Assembly (NCBI GenBank): GCA_039188275.1
Contig: JBCCZD010000001.1
Coordinates: 7,010 to 71,009 of the forward strand
Length of the DNA stretch: 64,000 nt
Direction of reading: 5' to 3'
Source: Planctomycetota bacterium
Lineage (GTDB): Bacteria; Planctomycetota; Planctomycetia; Pirellulales; Lacipirellulaceae
In this document: piece after piece, positions 8,829-18,558 of the stretch
How the letters are laid out: the number at the start of each line of letters is the position of its first letter
Position numbering within the stretch: the stretch's first letter is position 1
Notes under the pieces: generated by a model
Databases searched by the model: none
What the model was told of the DNA's origin: nothing
What the model saw: the letters and a program-made list of their open reading frames with translations, nothing else
Made by a program: the position numbers and the translations under genes

Positions 8829-9677
8829 ATGCACCGCTTTGCAACTCGGCGTGCCGCTGTTGGCCCGCCGCGTGGGGAGACCCACCAGTTACGGGCGTCG
8901 GCCGCGGCGGCGTTAATCGTCGCCTCGGGTGTGGCGCCGCTGCACGCCGGCTCGATCTCTTACGGGGACTTCTCCGACACACCGCCCGGTGCGGTGCTGT
9001 ACACGGGAGTCTCCGAGACGTCGGCCGCCGCGCCGATATTCGGCCCGCCGACGGCCATCGCCAGCACGATCGACTGGAACCCGGGCGATTTCCCCGCCAG
9101 CCAGTTCTCGGCGTCCGCCGGCGACGGCGCGACCGACAGCATCGACGGCCAGCTCAACTTCGAATTGACGACTCTGCCCGGCGCCGGGATTACCTCGTTG
9201 CTGATCGAGGAGAGCGGCGATTTCGACTTGTTCGGCGGCGGCTCGGCGGCGACGCAGGTCGGCGTCGGGTTGTTTGTCGAGGTCGAGGTGCTCGCCGTGG
9301 ACCGGGCGCCCGTGTTCGACCTGATCGGCCAGGCGAAGATCGACGTCAGCGCCTCCGCGGACGCGTTCTTCAACCTGATTGCCGACGGGCCGGGGCTCGG
9401 GACGCCCTGGGAGAACGCCTTGATCGTGGACCTCGGCGCGGCGCTAAGCAGCGCCGGGATCACGTTCACCGAAGGCGTTACCAGCGCGTCGGTGACGATC
9501 AAGAACTCGCTAGTCGCCATCGCCGAGCCGCTCAACGAAGCCGAGATCGTGAAGACCAACTTCACGGTGACCCCGTCGGGCGCCCTTTCGCCGATGGCGA
9601 TCCCCGAGCCGCCCGCGGCGGGGCTGGTCGGCTCGCTGGTCGCCCTCATCACGACGGCAGCGTACGCCCGGCGGTAA
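8829..9677 (+). CDS. PEP-CTERM sorting-domain protein
   Basis: N-terminal signal-like region. C-terminus is IPEPPAAGLVGSLVALITTAAYARR (PEP motif, TM segment, basic tail). ATG 8829 is preceded by aaaggggg. Confidence 0.8.
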   Translation: MHRFATRRAAVGPPRGETHQLRASAAAALIVASGVAPLHAGSISYGDFSDTPPGAVLYTGVSETSAAAPIFGPPTAIASTIDWNPGDFPASQFSASAGDGATDSIDGQLNFELTTLPGAGITSLLIEESGDFDLFGGGSAATQVGVGLFVEVEVLAVDRAPVFDLIGQAKIDVSASADAFFNLIADGPGLGTPWENALIVDLGAALSSAGITFTEGVTSASVTIKNSLVAIAEPLNEAEIVKTNFTVTPSGALSPMAIPEPPAAGLVGSLVALITTAAYARR

Positions 9678-9713
9678 GGGGGCGCCCGCCGGGAGAGACG
9701 AGTTGCAACGCAC

Positions 9714-9743
9714 AGGCCCGGGTGGCGTCAGCCGCCCGGGCCT
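9714..9743. terminator. hairpin between convergent genes (candidate terminator)
   Basis: 9-bp GC-rich stem aggcccggg / cccgggcct with a 12-nt loop. Lies between the stop at 9677 (+) and the stop at 9760 (-). Confidence 0.45.
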
Positions 9744-9759
9744 ATTGATTGACGGCGGG

Positions 9760-11349
9760 CTACCACTTGAGGCCGAACTTCTCGCCGCCGCTGGGCCCGC
9801 CGGTCCCCCCCTTGAGCTCGCCCGCCTTCTTCTTCGGCGCCTTGGGCGCGTCGGGCGGCAGCTCGTACATCGCGTCTTCTTTGGAGTCGTCCTTCGCCTT
9901 GGTCGGTGGCGCCGAGAGCGCCTTGAGCGACAGCCCGATCCGCTGCTTTTCGCGGTCGACGCTCAGCACCTTGACCTCCACCTGCTGCCCCTCGGCGACG
10001 GCGTCGCCGGTGCGGAACACCCGCCCGTGGGCGAGTTCCGAGATGTGGATGAGCCCCTCGACGCCCGACTCCAGTTTCACGAAGGCGCCGAAGTCCATGA
10101 CCTTCGAAACCTTGCCGGTCACCTTCGAGCCGGTGGGGTACTTCGAGTCGACCGCGTCCCACGGGTTCTCTGCCGACTCGCGGTACGACAGCCCGATCTT
10201 GCCCGTTTCAGGGTCGATCTTCTCGACCTTGACCTTCACGTTTTGCCCCTCGGAGAGGACCTCGCTGGGGTGGTTGACGCGGTCCCAGCTCATGCGGCTA
10301 ACGTGGATCAAGCCGTCGACGCCGCCCAGGTCGACAAAGGCGCCGAAGTCCCTCAGGCTGCGGACAACGCCCTCGCGCATCTGGCCGGGCGCCAGCTCGG
10401 CGAGCAGCTTCTCTCGCTTCTCCGCCCGCTCGCGTTCCATCACCGCGCGGTGGCTGAGCACCAGGTTTCGGCGTTCGCGGTTGGCCTCGGTCACGACGGC
10501 GGCGATCTTCTGGCCGACGTAGTCCTCCGGCTTCTCGACGCGGTAGAGGGAGATCTGCCCCATCGGCATAAAGCCGCGGATGCCGGCGGCTTGGCACTCC
10601 AGGCCCCCCTTGTTCACGCCGGTCACGCTGACTTCGATGATCTGCCCCACCTCGACTTCGTCCCAGTTGCCGACCTCGGTCGCCGCGGTCGGCAGGTTCA
10701 GCTCGTAGAGCCCCTCATCGGCGTTCAGCTTGGCGACGACGCATTCGATCTCGCTGTCGACCGCCGGCGGCTCTTCGTTGAACTGTTTGAGCGGGATCAC
10801 GCCCTGCAAGTGGCCTCCGAGGTCGACGAACAAGAACTCCGCGTGCCGCGACTTGACCCGCCCGGTGACCTTCGTCTCTGGCGCGAGCTCCACGGCGGCC
10901 GCCGCGGCGCTCTGGTTGATCAGCTCGTCAACCGAGGCGCCCGCCATCGCGGCTTCGAGCTCCGCTTCTTGCTCCTCGGTCAGCGCGGCCCGGGCGTTGG
11001 GCGGCGGGTACTTCGACGCCTTCTTCGCCGGCTCAGAGACAGTGACCGGCGTCACCGGCTTCGGCGCCAGCGGCTCTTCGGCGGCCGCCGTCTGCTCTTC
11101 GACCCGCTGCGTCCCGATACGGATCCGCTCGCTCGGTTTCGCCGCGTCCGCTCGCGTTCCCGTAGCCGTGTCGTCGGCGGCGCCGCTATCGGCCGGCCCA
11201 CTCGTTGCGGGCTCGCCCATTGTCGGCTCGACGGGCGTTGGCTCGACGGGGGTCGGTGAGAGCTCTTGCGTCGGCTCAGCGGATGCCTCTGGGTTCGAGG
11301 CAGTCGGGTCTTCCGTAGTCGGCCGGGGCGAGGTCGTCGGTTCGGACAT
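9760..11349 (-). CDS. rpsA: 30S ribosomal protein S1
   Basis: Repeated S1 domains (GRVKSRHAEFLFVDLGG, GVVRSLRDFGAFVDLGGVDGLIHVS, GKVSKVMDFGAFVKLESGVEGLIHISE). Long P/T/E-rich N-terminal extension. ATG 11349. Confidence 0.9.
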   Translation of the reverse strand: MSEPTTSPRPTTEDPTASNPEASAEPTQELSPTPVEPTPVEPTMGEPATSGPADSGAADDTATGTRADAAKPSERIRIGTQRVEEQTAAAEEPLAPKPVTPVTVSEPAKKASKYPPPNARAALTEEQEAELEAAMAGASVDELINQSAAAAAVELAPETKVTGRVKSRHAEFLFVDLGGHLQGVIPLKQFNEEPPAVDSEIECVVAKLNADEGLYELNLPTAATEVGNWDEVEVGQIIEVSVTGVNKGGLECQAAGIRGFMPMGQISLYRVEKPEDYVGQKIAAVVTEANRERRNLVLSHRAVMERERAEKREKLLAELAPGQMREGVVRSLRDFGAFVDLGGVDGLIHVSRMSWDRVNHPSEVLSEGQNVKVKVEKIDPETGKIGLSYRESAENPWDAVDSKYPTGSKVTGKVSKVMDFGAFVKLESGVEGLIHISELAHGRVFRTGDAVAEGQQVEVKVLSVDREKQRIGLSLKALSAPPTKAKDDSKEDAMYELPPDAPKAPKKKAGELKGGTGGPSGGEKFGLKW

Positions 11350-11486
11350 CACAACTAAACGAGACGGGATGACGAAGTAGGTCAAGATCGCCAAGCGAGA
11401 AGCCGGCGATCGCGGCGCCGCGCGTTGAGTCTAACTCAAAGCCACCGGGGGGGCGATTGTCTGGCTCGCCGCTTCGCGCGCGGTAC

Positions 11487-12716
11487 TCACTGCTCAACCA
11501 GCTTCGCCAGCTTCTCGCGCACCCCCGGGATCACCCGCGTGGCGTTCTCGTGGTAGACCTTCCGCAGCACCTCGTCGGGCAGCCCGATGCCGTGGATGTT
11601 CCAAAGCCCCTGGGGCGGAAACGGGTTCTCCGCGTAGCGGAAGTCTTCGTCGAGCGTCTCGAAGAACCGCCAGTGCGGCAGCAGCCGGGCCGCGACCCGC
11701 GGGCCGTCCGAGCCGAACATGATGCGGTCCTGATAACGCAGAAAGAACTTGCGGGCGGTGTACGGCTGCCGGCCGAGTTCGGCGATGCGCGACGAGATTT
11801 CGACCACCAGGTTGGGGTACTGGTCGAGCCACCCGCCGACGGCGGCCAGGTTCTCTGGGAAGTTCGCCACGTGGGCGCCGATGAACGTCGTCTTGGGGTG
11901 GCGACCAACAACGCGGTTGCGTGCGGCGAGCAGCTCTTCGTGCGACGGGAAGGCGTCGCCGTGGAAGCTCCAGTCGGGGTGCCGGTGGAGCTCTTCCCAC
12001 CGTTCGTTGCGCTCGTCGATCGGTTCGAAGAAGGCGACCGGGTCGGCTGAGTGGATGATGACCGGCAGGCCGAGCCCGCCGCACGCCGCCCAGATGGGGT
12101 CCCAACGCGGGTCGTCGATAGCGATCAGTGAACCGTTGGGGTTCCGGTAGCCTAGGCCGAGCATCTTGAACACCTTCAGCCCCACCGCGCCACGCCGCTT
12201 GGCGTCGGCGAGCCGGTCGGCGGTGCGTCGGCCGAAGCCGGGGCGGTGGCACGCCCACGTCGCCGGGTCGTCCCGTGTGCCGTCACCCACCCAGTCGACA
12301 TTCGCGAAGACGAGGAACCGGTCGGCGTGCGGCTTGAGGTACGCCAGGTGCTCGTCCAGTTCTTCGCCCAACCGGCCATCGAGACTCACGCACAGGGCGA
12401 TGTTCTGCTCGTCCATCACGCGGACGAAGCCTTCGAGCATCTCCGGCGAGTGGCGGAAGCGGATCCGCGGGTGGACGTGCACGTCCACGACCGGGAACTT
12501 CGCCCGCGGCACAACCGTCTTCGGCGCCCGCAGCTGCGACTGCGGACGGAATCGGTCGAGCAACAGCTGCCGCCCGTCGCGCCCGTCGAGCGGCTCCTCG
12601 GCCGAAACCGGCGCCGCAGCCAACAGCACCACCAAGACGCTCAGTCGCCAAGGCCTGTAGGCGAAGCGGCGGGCGTTTCGGCGCCTTGGCGCCCTGGAGG
12701 CTCCGCGCTGGCTCAT
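11487..12716 (-). CDS. amidohydrolase-family (TIM-barrel metal hydrolase) protein with an Arg-rich signal peptide
   Basis: VVDVHVHP metal motif. N-terminus MSQRGASRAPRRRNARRFAY...VLVVLLAAAPVSAEEP (Tat-like). ATG 12716 overlaps the ftr stop (ATGA). Confidence 0.8.
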   Translation of the reverse strand: MSQRGASRAPRRRNARRFAYRPWRLSVLVVLLAAAPVSAEEPLDGRDGRQLLLDRFRPQSQLRAPKTVVPRAKFPVVDVHVHPRIRFRHSPEMLEGFVRVMDEQNIALCVSLDGRLGEELDEHLAYLKPHADRFLVFANVDWVGDGTRDDPATWACHRPGFGRRTADRLADAKRRGAVGLKVFKMLGLGYRNPNGSLIAIDDPRWDPIWAACGGLGLPVIIHSADPVAFFEPIDERNERWEELHRHPDWSFHGDAFPSHEELLAARNRVVGRHPKTTFIGAHVANFPENLAAVGGWLDQYPNLVVEISSRIAELGRQPYTARKFFLRYQDRIMFGSDGPRVAARLLPHWRFFETLDEDFRYAENPFPPQGLWNIHGIGLPDEVLRKVYHENATRVIPGVREKLAKLVEQ

Positions 12717-13636
12717 CCGACGAGTTCCCGCAGGTGGAAGTGGAACTTGCCGAGCTTGCCGCCGTAGTTGCCGGCGCTGATGGCCGGGACGCCCTCGCCG
12801 GCGGCGGCGTGCAGCCCGCGGGTCGTGGCGTCGGCAACCGCGGCCTCGTCGGCGCCGTTGAAGACGACCTCGTAGGCGCACTGCGCGTCGCCCGCCAGTT
12901 GGGTCTCAACCCGCCCCCGCAGCGTCGGGCAGAAGGCCTCGTTCGTCGAGGCGACCATCCCCTTGTACCGGCTGCCCACCTTGCTGCCGCTGCGGACGAC
13001 GCCGCCCGGGAACGGCGTGATGACGTTCGGCACGTCGGCCAGCGCCTCGACCACGCGTAGCGCCGACGCCAGCGCGGCCGCCTGCGTCCCCCCCTGCACG
13101 ATGAGGTTACCGCCAGCGATGCCCCTGCCGATGCCGAGCTCTTCCTCGACGAGGAACTCGCCATCCATCACGGGGATACGCCAAAACCGGCGATCGGTGG
13201 CGCCGGCGACGTCTTGCAGGGTGAGCTGCTTGCTCTTCTGGTAGCCGTCGCCGAAGAACCGCAGGCGCTTGCCGAGCGGGAACTGCCGCTCTGCGCCGGC
13301 TGAATCCGGCGGCAGGCCGTTGTAGACGGCGGTCGTCGGGCAGGTCATCACGCACTGCCCGACACGAGTCGACACGGCTGTAGCGAGCGCGTCGGCCGAG
13401 AATCCGAACGCCAAGACCGCGGCGCCAGGCCGCCCGTCCGGCGTCTCGTCCGCCGGCAGTCGACGCTCGACGGCGATCTCCGCGTCGCAGCCGATCACGC
13501 TCGAGCCGTACCCGCACAGTTCTCGCGTCGCGGCGTCGACCCAGAACTCTTCGGCCGCGGTCACCACCAGCCGGGCGTACCGCATCCGGAAGGCTTCGGC
13601 AAAGGTGTCGTCGACGCGTGTCGGCCCGATCTGCAT
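12713..13636 (-). CDS. ftr: formylmethanofuran--tetrahydromethanopterin N-formyltransferase (Ftr/FhcD type)
   Basis: Colinear with archaeal/methylotroph Ftr: DDTFAEAF, GYGSSVIGCDAE, ETPDGRPG, RVGQCVMTCPTTA, FFGDGYQ, IPVMDGEF, PFPGGVVRSGSKVGS, ISAGNYGGKLG. Confidence 0.85.
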   Translation of the reverse strand: MQIGPTRVDDTFAEAFRMRYARLVVTAAEEFWVDAATRELCGYGSSVIGCDAEIAVERRLPADETPDGRPGAAVLAFGFSADALATAVSTRVGQCVMTCPTTAVYNGLPPDSAGAERQFPLGKRLRFFGDGYQKSKQLTLQDVAGATDRRFWRIPVMDGEFLVEEELGIGRGIAGGNLIVQGGTQAAALASALRVVEALADVPNVITPFPGGVVRSGSKVGSRYKGMVASTNEAFCPTLRGRVETQLAGDAQCAYEVVFNGADEAAVADATTRGLHAAAGEGVPAISAGNYGGKLGKFHFHLRELVG

Positions 13637-13724
13637 CCCGCCATCATCAACACCCTCCGCGGCCCCGGCAACCTTGGTAAGGCCCGGCCAACGCAGTAAG
13701 TCCGGCAAGTCGGGTGAAGCGATG

Positions 13725-14141
13725 CTAGCCCGCCAAAGACGCCCGGTACCGTGGCCGGGCGAGCCGGAGCAGGCGGCCGCCGGATTCGTACCAGCCGAGG
13801 TTCGAGAAGCGGCAGCGGTTCAGCTCGACCTCAACGCTCAGGCCTTCAAGGCGCGCGTCGTCGAACGTCAGCACCACGTGCCGGTGCGGCAGCGGGTCGC
13901 GGTGGAAGAGGCCGATGCCGCCCCGGCTGAGGTCCTTGCCCACGGCGGTTAGCGGCGGCCCATCGTCAGCGTCGTCGCCGCCTTCGAACGGCGTGATCCG
14001 CAGCAGCAGCGGGATCGCGACCCTCGTCATCTCGCGGCGGTCCTGCCCCACCGAGGGCGGCAGCCGGGCCAAGAAGCGGTCGAGGTGTTGGGCGAGCGAC
14101 GCCGCCATGTCGGGGCCGTCTGGGAGCGGAACGATCTGCAT
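13725..14141 (-). CDS. PilZ-domain protein (putative c-di-GMP receptor)
   Basis: RxxxR (RREMTR) followed by DxSxxG (DLSRGGIG). Confidence 0.7.
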   Translation of the reverse strand: MQIVPLPDGPDMAASLAQHLDRFLARLPPSVGQDRREMTRVAIPLLLRITPFEGGDDADDGPPLTAVGKDLSRGGIGLFHRDPLPHRHVVLTFDDARLEGLSVEVELNRCRFSNLGWYESGGRLLRLARPRYRASLAG

Positions 14142-14395
14142 CGGCGGGACCCTTTCTCGTGTAGGCGGTGGGCGCAGGCGTGAAACAGAACAGCGATGGA
14201 GGGGCTACGCGGAGCGAACGCGGAGGAGGCTGGTCGACGCGGGCCGCCCAGATGAGGAAGAGATTCGTAGCGGGCCACACAACCCTAGCCCGCGATCTGG
14301 GGGCAGGCAAATCGCGGCGCGCGGGAAAGCGGCTCGCCGTGGCCGGCGGCAGAACCCCAAGGGGGTGTAATCGTTGCGGTCGCCGGCAGGGCGGA

Positions 14396-14938
14396 TCAGC
14401 CCAAGAACCAGCTCAACCCGCATGCGGCAATGCTGACCAGCGCGAGAAAACCGGTTACTTGTGCCAAGTCTTGCAGCGTGGAACCCGGTTGGCGTTGGTA
14501 GTGGCTAGCCGGCGAGCCGATCGCCCGAGCGCGGGCCGGCAGCGCCAGCGTCACGTTGCTCGCCTCTTGGCCGTACGCTGCGTGGCGGCGGACGACCCCG
14601 GCGTGCTGGCCGCCGCCAATTGCCGCCGGCGCGGTCGCCTCTGCATAGCCCGGGCCGCGGAAGTCGGCGCCGGAGTCGTCGGGACCGCCGTTGCTGGTTC
14701 CCCAGTTGATTGGGCCCCAGTTGATTGGGCCCCAGTAGCCGGGTAGGTCGCGGCCTTCGGCTGGCGGCACCGACTCCTGGAAGATGTCGCCAGCGGGGCG
14801 CAACGCCTCGGCGATCCGCCGACAGCTGTCGCACGCCTCGAGGTGGCGCGAGACCTGTCGTTCGTACGCCGCCCTGTGTGGCTGGCCTGACGGAAAAGGC
14901 CCGCTTGTCAACGCGGCGAATGCCTGGTCGCAATTCAT
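14396..14938 (-). CDS. zf-HC2 anti-sigma-factor-like membrane protein
   Basis: HLEACDSC (H-x3-C-x2-C) near the N-terminus and a C-terminal TM segment (VTGFLALVSIAACGLSWFL). No sigma factor gene is adjacent. Confidence 0.6.
   Translation of the reverse strand: MNCDQAFAALTSGPFPSGQPHRAAYERQVSRHLEACDSCRRIAEALRPAGDIFQESVPPAEGRDLPGYWGPINWGPINWGTSNGGPDDSGADFRGPGYAEATAPAAIGGGQHAGVVRRHAAYGQEASNVTLALPARARAIGSPASHYQRQPGSTLQDLAQVTGFLALVSIAACGLSWFLG
14700..14736. repeat. 15-bp tandem repeat (ccccagttgattggg: two copies plus a partial), in frame inside a CDS
   Basis: Encodes GPINWGPINWG on the minus strand. Confidence 0.95.
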
Positions 14939-15232
14939 CACGACTTCCTTGTGAAAAGAAACGAAGCCATGCCGTTAGCCAGCGCCGCGATTCACGCGGC
15001 TGCCAACGACACGGCTACCGGTGAGACCGTGTCGGTCTAGCTATACAGCTCGGGTTCGCTGCGGCCTTCCGCCTGGCCGCACAAGAATCGAATAGCGAAC
15101 GAGATCAGAGATGAAGCGTCAGAAGAGTAACGATGGATCGTAGAGTCGGCGCACGGAGATTGCTACCCCAATCCTTGCAATTAGCGGCTGCGGAATCGCG
15201 AATTCGTCCTCGGCGAAGCGAACGCGATTGGG

Positions 15233-15712
15233 TTACTCAAGCGAAGCCAACGCCGCCAAGACTTGCTCGTCGTGGCCCTCGACTTTCACCCGCTTCCACA
15301 GTTTCGCTACCTTGCCTGAGCCGTCGATCAAGAAGGTGCTCCGCTGGATCCCCATCGACTTCTTGCCGTACATGTTCTTTTCCCGCCAGGCGCCGTACTT
15401 CTCGGCGACTTTGTGATCGGGGTCGGCCAGCAGCGGGAAGTTCAGGTCGTGCTTGTCGCGGAACTTAACGTGGCTTTCCACCGAGTCGGGGCTGACGCCA
15501 AACACGTGGGCGCCGAGCGTTTGTAGTTCCTTCTTCAAGTCGCGGAAGGCGCACGCCTCCTTGGTGCAACCGGGCGTGTCATCTTTCGGATAGAAGTAAA
15601 GGACGACCGGACTCCTTTTCAGTTCGCTGAGGCGAACCTTCGAGCCGTCATCGGCGGTCAGGGTGAATGCGGGCGCCTTGGCGCCTTCTTCGATCCAGGG
15701 GGTATCGCTCAT
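15233..15712 (-). CDS. bcp: thioredoxin-dependent peroxiredoxin Bcp
   Basis: VVLYFYPKDDTPGCTKEACAF and the rest of a Bcp-type peroxiredoxin. ATG 15712. Confidence 0.9.
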   Translation of the reverse strand: MSDTPWIEEGAKAPAFTLTADDGSKVRLSELKRSPVVLYFYPKDDTPGCTKEACAFRDLKKELQTLGAHVFGVSPDSVESHVKFRDKHDLNFPLLADPDHKVAEKYGAWREKNMYGKKSMGIQRSTFLIDGSGKVAKLWKRVKVEGHDEQVLAALASLE

Positions 15713-15906
15713 TCGATCGGTGCTCGACGGGTCGGGGCTTCGTCGGTGAGGCCTGATTGGCGGGCTTCGGCCGGGCCGGCCGATTGCTCGTGATTCTAGG
15801 GCCGGCAACCGCCATCGACACGCCCGAAGGCGGATGGAAATCCGCCCGGGCCGAGGGCATCGCGGCTTTGATCCTGAGCAAGTAGACTTTAATTCTGCGG
15901 AGCCCA

Positions 15907-16419
15907 ATGCCACCCGAGTACCGACCGCGGCAACTTTTTGCCAGCGCAACCGCGTCAACCCCAGCCCAAGCCGCCTTGGCGGTCGCGGAGCCAAGAATCT
16001 CAACCCAAGCCGAAGCCACCGACGAGCACGCCGACCGCAGCCTGCGGCTCGCCCTCGCCGCCGCCCGGACCGCCGGGGACAACCGTGGCGAAGACATCGT
16101 CGTGCTCGACCTCCGCGAGCAGACGCCGGTGTTCGACTACTTCGTCATCGCCACGGGCAGCAGCCGCCGGCAGCTCCACGCCATCAGCGAAGAGATCGAC
16201 CACTGCCTGGAAGACGACCTGGGCGATAAGCGGATGGGGATTGAGGGCTACAGCGAGAGCCGCTGGATCCTGCTCGACTACGGCTCGATCGTCATCCACC
16301 TGCTCGACGCCGAGACGCGCGAGTACTACGCCCTCGAAGAACTCTGGTCTGGCGCCACGCGGGTTCCGCTGCCCTGGCAAGCGGACACCGGGAACGCGGA
16401 CACCGGGAATGAAGCGTAG
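15907..16419 (+). CDS. rsfS: ribosomal silencing factor RsfS
   Basis: DIVVLDL...DYFVIATGSSRRQLHAI...WILLDYGSIVIHL. The N-terminal extension makes the start uncertain. Confidence 0.85.
   Translation: MPPEYRPRQLFASATASTPAQAALAVAEPRISTQAEATDEHADRSLRLALAAARTAGDNRGEDIVVLDLREQTPVFDYFVIATGSSRRQLHAISEEIDHCLEDDLGDKRMGIEGYSESRWILLDYGSIVIHLLDAETREYYALEELWSGATRVPLPWQADTGNADTGNEA
16381..16410. repeat. 15-bp tandem duplication at the rsfS 3' end
   Basis: gcggacaccgggaac / gcggacaccgggaat, encoding ADTGNADTGN. Confidence 0.9.
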
Positions 16420-16525
16420 CCAATCCGGTTGAGCCCCCCGGATTCCGTTCTGGGGGGTAGATTCGTTGGTCGGGCGAGCCCCCGGCAGCGCCGGTGCTAC
16501 AACTACCGCCACCTTATCACCGCCA

Positions 16526-18529
16526 ATGAACCCTCTCGCTACGCTACGCCGACGCTTCGCGGTCGCCCTCGCTCCGCTAACCGACCAGCCGATTGAGTCC
16601 GACGCCGTCGGCAAGCTCACCGAGATGGTGCTGCCGAGCCAGGACGCGAAGTTCGGCGACTACCAAGCGAACTGCGCGATGCCCCTGGGCAAGCGTTTGG
16701 AGAAGAAGCCGCGGGAGGTCGCGGAGTCGCTTGTTGACGCCCTCGACGTGGCGGACCTGTGCGAGCCGCCGGAGATCGCGGGGCCCGGGTTTATTAACCT
16801 GCGCTTGAGGAACGACTGGCTCGCCGAGCGGGTCGCGGCCGCGTCGGCGGACGCCGATCGGCTGGGCGTTTCCTCGGTCGAGTCGCCGCGGGCCGTGGTA
16901 GTCGACTTCTCGTCTCCTAACGTCGCCAAACCGATGCACGTCGGCCACGTCCGCTCGACGGTTATCGGCGCTGCGCTCTGCCGGGTGCTCGGTTTCATCG
17001 GCCACCGCGTGACGAGCGACAACCACATCGGCGACTGGGGCACCCAGTTCGGGATGATCATCTACGGCTACAAGCACTTCGCCGACGAGCCGTCGCTGGC
17101 CGAGGCGCCCGTCGCCGAGCTCAGCCGACTGTACAAGCTCGTCAACCAGATCGGCGATTACCAGTCGGCCAAGGCGGACAAGCTGCCGGCGCTCGTCGAG
17201 AAGCTCGCGGCGGCAAAGGTGCGTGCCGAAGAGCTGTCGATGGTCACGCTGACCGGCAATGACAAGCAGGACAAGAAGGCGCTCAAGGAGCAGCGGCGTG
17301 CCGAGGCGGCGGTCGCCGGGCTGGGGAAGGAGATCGGGTCGGTCGAGGCGCAGGTCGCCGCGTTCGAAGCGGACGCCGGGCTCAGCAAGCTCGCCGCGGA
17401 CCACCCCGCGATCGGCGCCGCGGCCCTCCGAGAAACCGCCAAGCTCCACGCCGGCGACGCCGAGAACCGCGGCCTGTGGGACCGGTTCTTGCCGGCGTGC
17501 CTGGAGGAGATCAACGCCACGTATCGCCGTCTAGGCGTGGCGTTTGATCATACGCTCGGCGAGAGCTTCTACCAGCCGATGCTCGCCGGCGTGGTCGACG
17601 ACCTGACGGCCAAGGGCCTCGCCACCGAAAGCGAAGGGGCGGTCTGCGTCTTCCCCGACAAGGTCGGCCTCGAAGGGCACGCGGCGCCCTTCATTGTCCG
17701 CAAGCAGGATGGCGCCTTCCTCTACTCGACGACCGACCTCGCGACCATCCAGTACCGGCTCCGCGAGTGGCGGCCGGACGCGATCCTCTACGTCGTCGAC
17801 CACCGCCAGTCGCTCCACTTCGAGCAGCTCTTCGCCACCGCCAAGGCGTGGGGCATCGATGGCGTTGAGGAACTTGAGCTCATGCACGTGGCGTTCGGGG
17901 CCGTGCTGGGCGAGGACGGCAAGCCATACAAGACGCGGAGCGGCTCCGCGGTGGGGCTGGTGGGGCTGCTCGACGAAGCGGTTGACCGCGCCCGGGCGAT
18001 CGCCGACGGCAGCCCAATGCTTGAGACCGATGCCGAGCGGCGGCGGGTCGCCGAGCGGATCGGCATCGGCGCCATCAAGTACGCCGACCTCTCGCACAAC
18101 CGGACGAGCGACTACGTCTTTGACTACGACAAGATGCTCGCCATGACCGGCAACACGGCCGCCTACATGCAAAACAGTTACGCGCGCGTGCGGAGTATCT
18201 TTCGCAAAGCGGGCGTGGAAGCAGAATCGGTTCGAGCGGGCAACACGAGAGTGCTCCTCGATTCGCCTGCCGAACGCGCGTTGGCGGTCGCAATCATCCG
18301 CTTCTCGGAGGCGCTCGATCGCGTGGCGGCCGACTACCGCCCTAATCACCTCGCCGCGTACCTCTTTGAACTCGCGAGTTGTTACTCGGAGTTCTTCGAG
18401 AAGTGCCATGTCCTCCGAGCGGAAAGCGAAGAGCTGAAGCAGAGTCGCTTGGTGCTGTGCGACCTCACGGCGCGGACCATCGCCAAAGGCCTTGAGCTGC
18501 TGGGCATCGAAACCGTCGAGCGGATGTGA
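16526..18529 (+). CDS. argS: arginine--tRNA ligase
   Basis: SSPNVAKPMHVGHVRS (HIGH-type), NHIGDWGTQFG, and a C-terminal anticodon-binding domain ending GIETVERM. ATG 16526. Confidence 0.95.
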   Translation: MNPLATLRRRFAVALAPLTDQPIESDAVGKLTEMVLPSQDAKFGDYQANCAMPLGKRLEKKPREVAESLVDALDVADLCEPPEIAGPGFINLRLRNDWLAERVAAASADADRLGVSSVESPRAVVVDFSSPNVAKPMHVGHVRSTVIGAALCRVLGFIGHRVTSDNHIGDWGTQFGMIIYGYKHFADEPSLAEAPVAELSRLYKLVNQIGDYQSAKADKLPALVEKLAAAKVRAEELSMVTLTGNDKQDKKALKEQRRAEAAVAGLGKEIGSVEAQVAAFEADAGLSKLAADHPAIGAAALRETAKLHAGDAENRGLWDRFLPACLEEINATYRRLGVAFDHTLGESFYQPMLAGVVDDLTAKGLATESEGAVCVFPDKVGLEGHAAPFIVRKQDGAFLYSTTDLATIQYRLREWRPDAILYVVDHRQSLHFEQLFATAKAWGIDGVEELELMHVAFGAVLGEDGKPYKTRSGSAVGLVGLLDEAVDRARAIADGSPMLETDAERRRVAERIGIGAIKYADLSHNRTSDYVFDYDKMLAMTGNTAAYMQNSYARVRSIFRKAGVEAESVRAGNTRVLLDSPAERALAVAIIRFSEALDRVAADYRPNHLAAYLFELASCYSEFFEKCHVLRAESEELKQSRLVLCDLTARTIAKGLELLGIETVERM

Positions 18530-18558
18530 CGCTACGATCGGTCCCGGTGACCGGCCGC

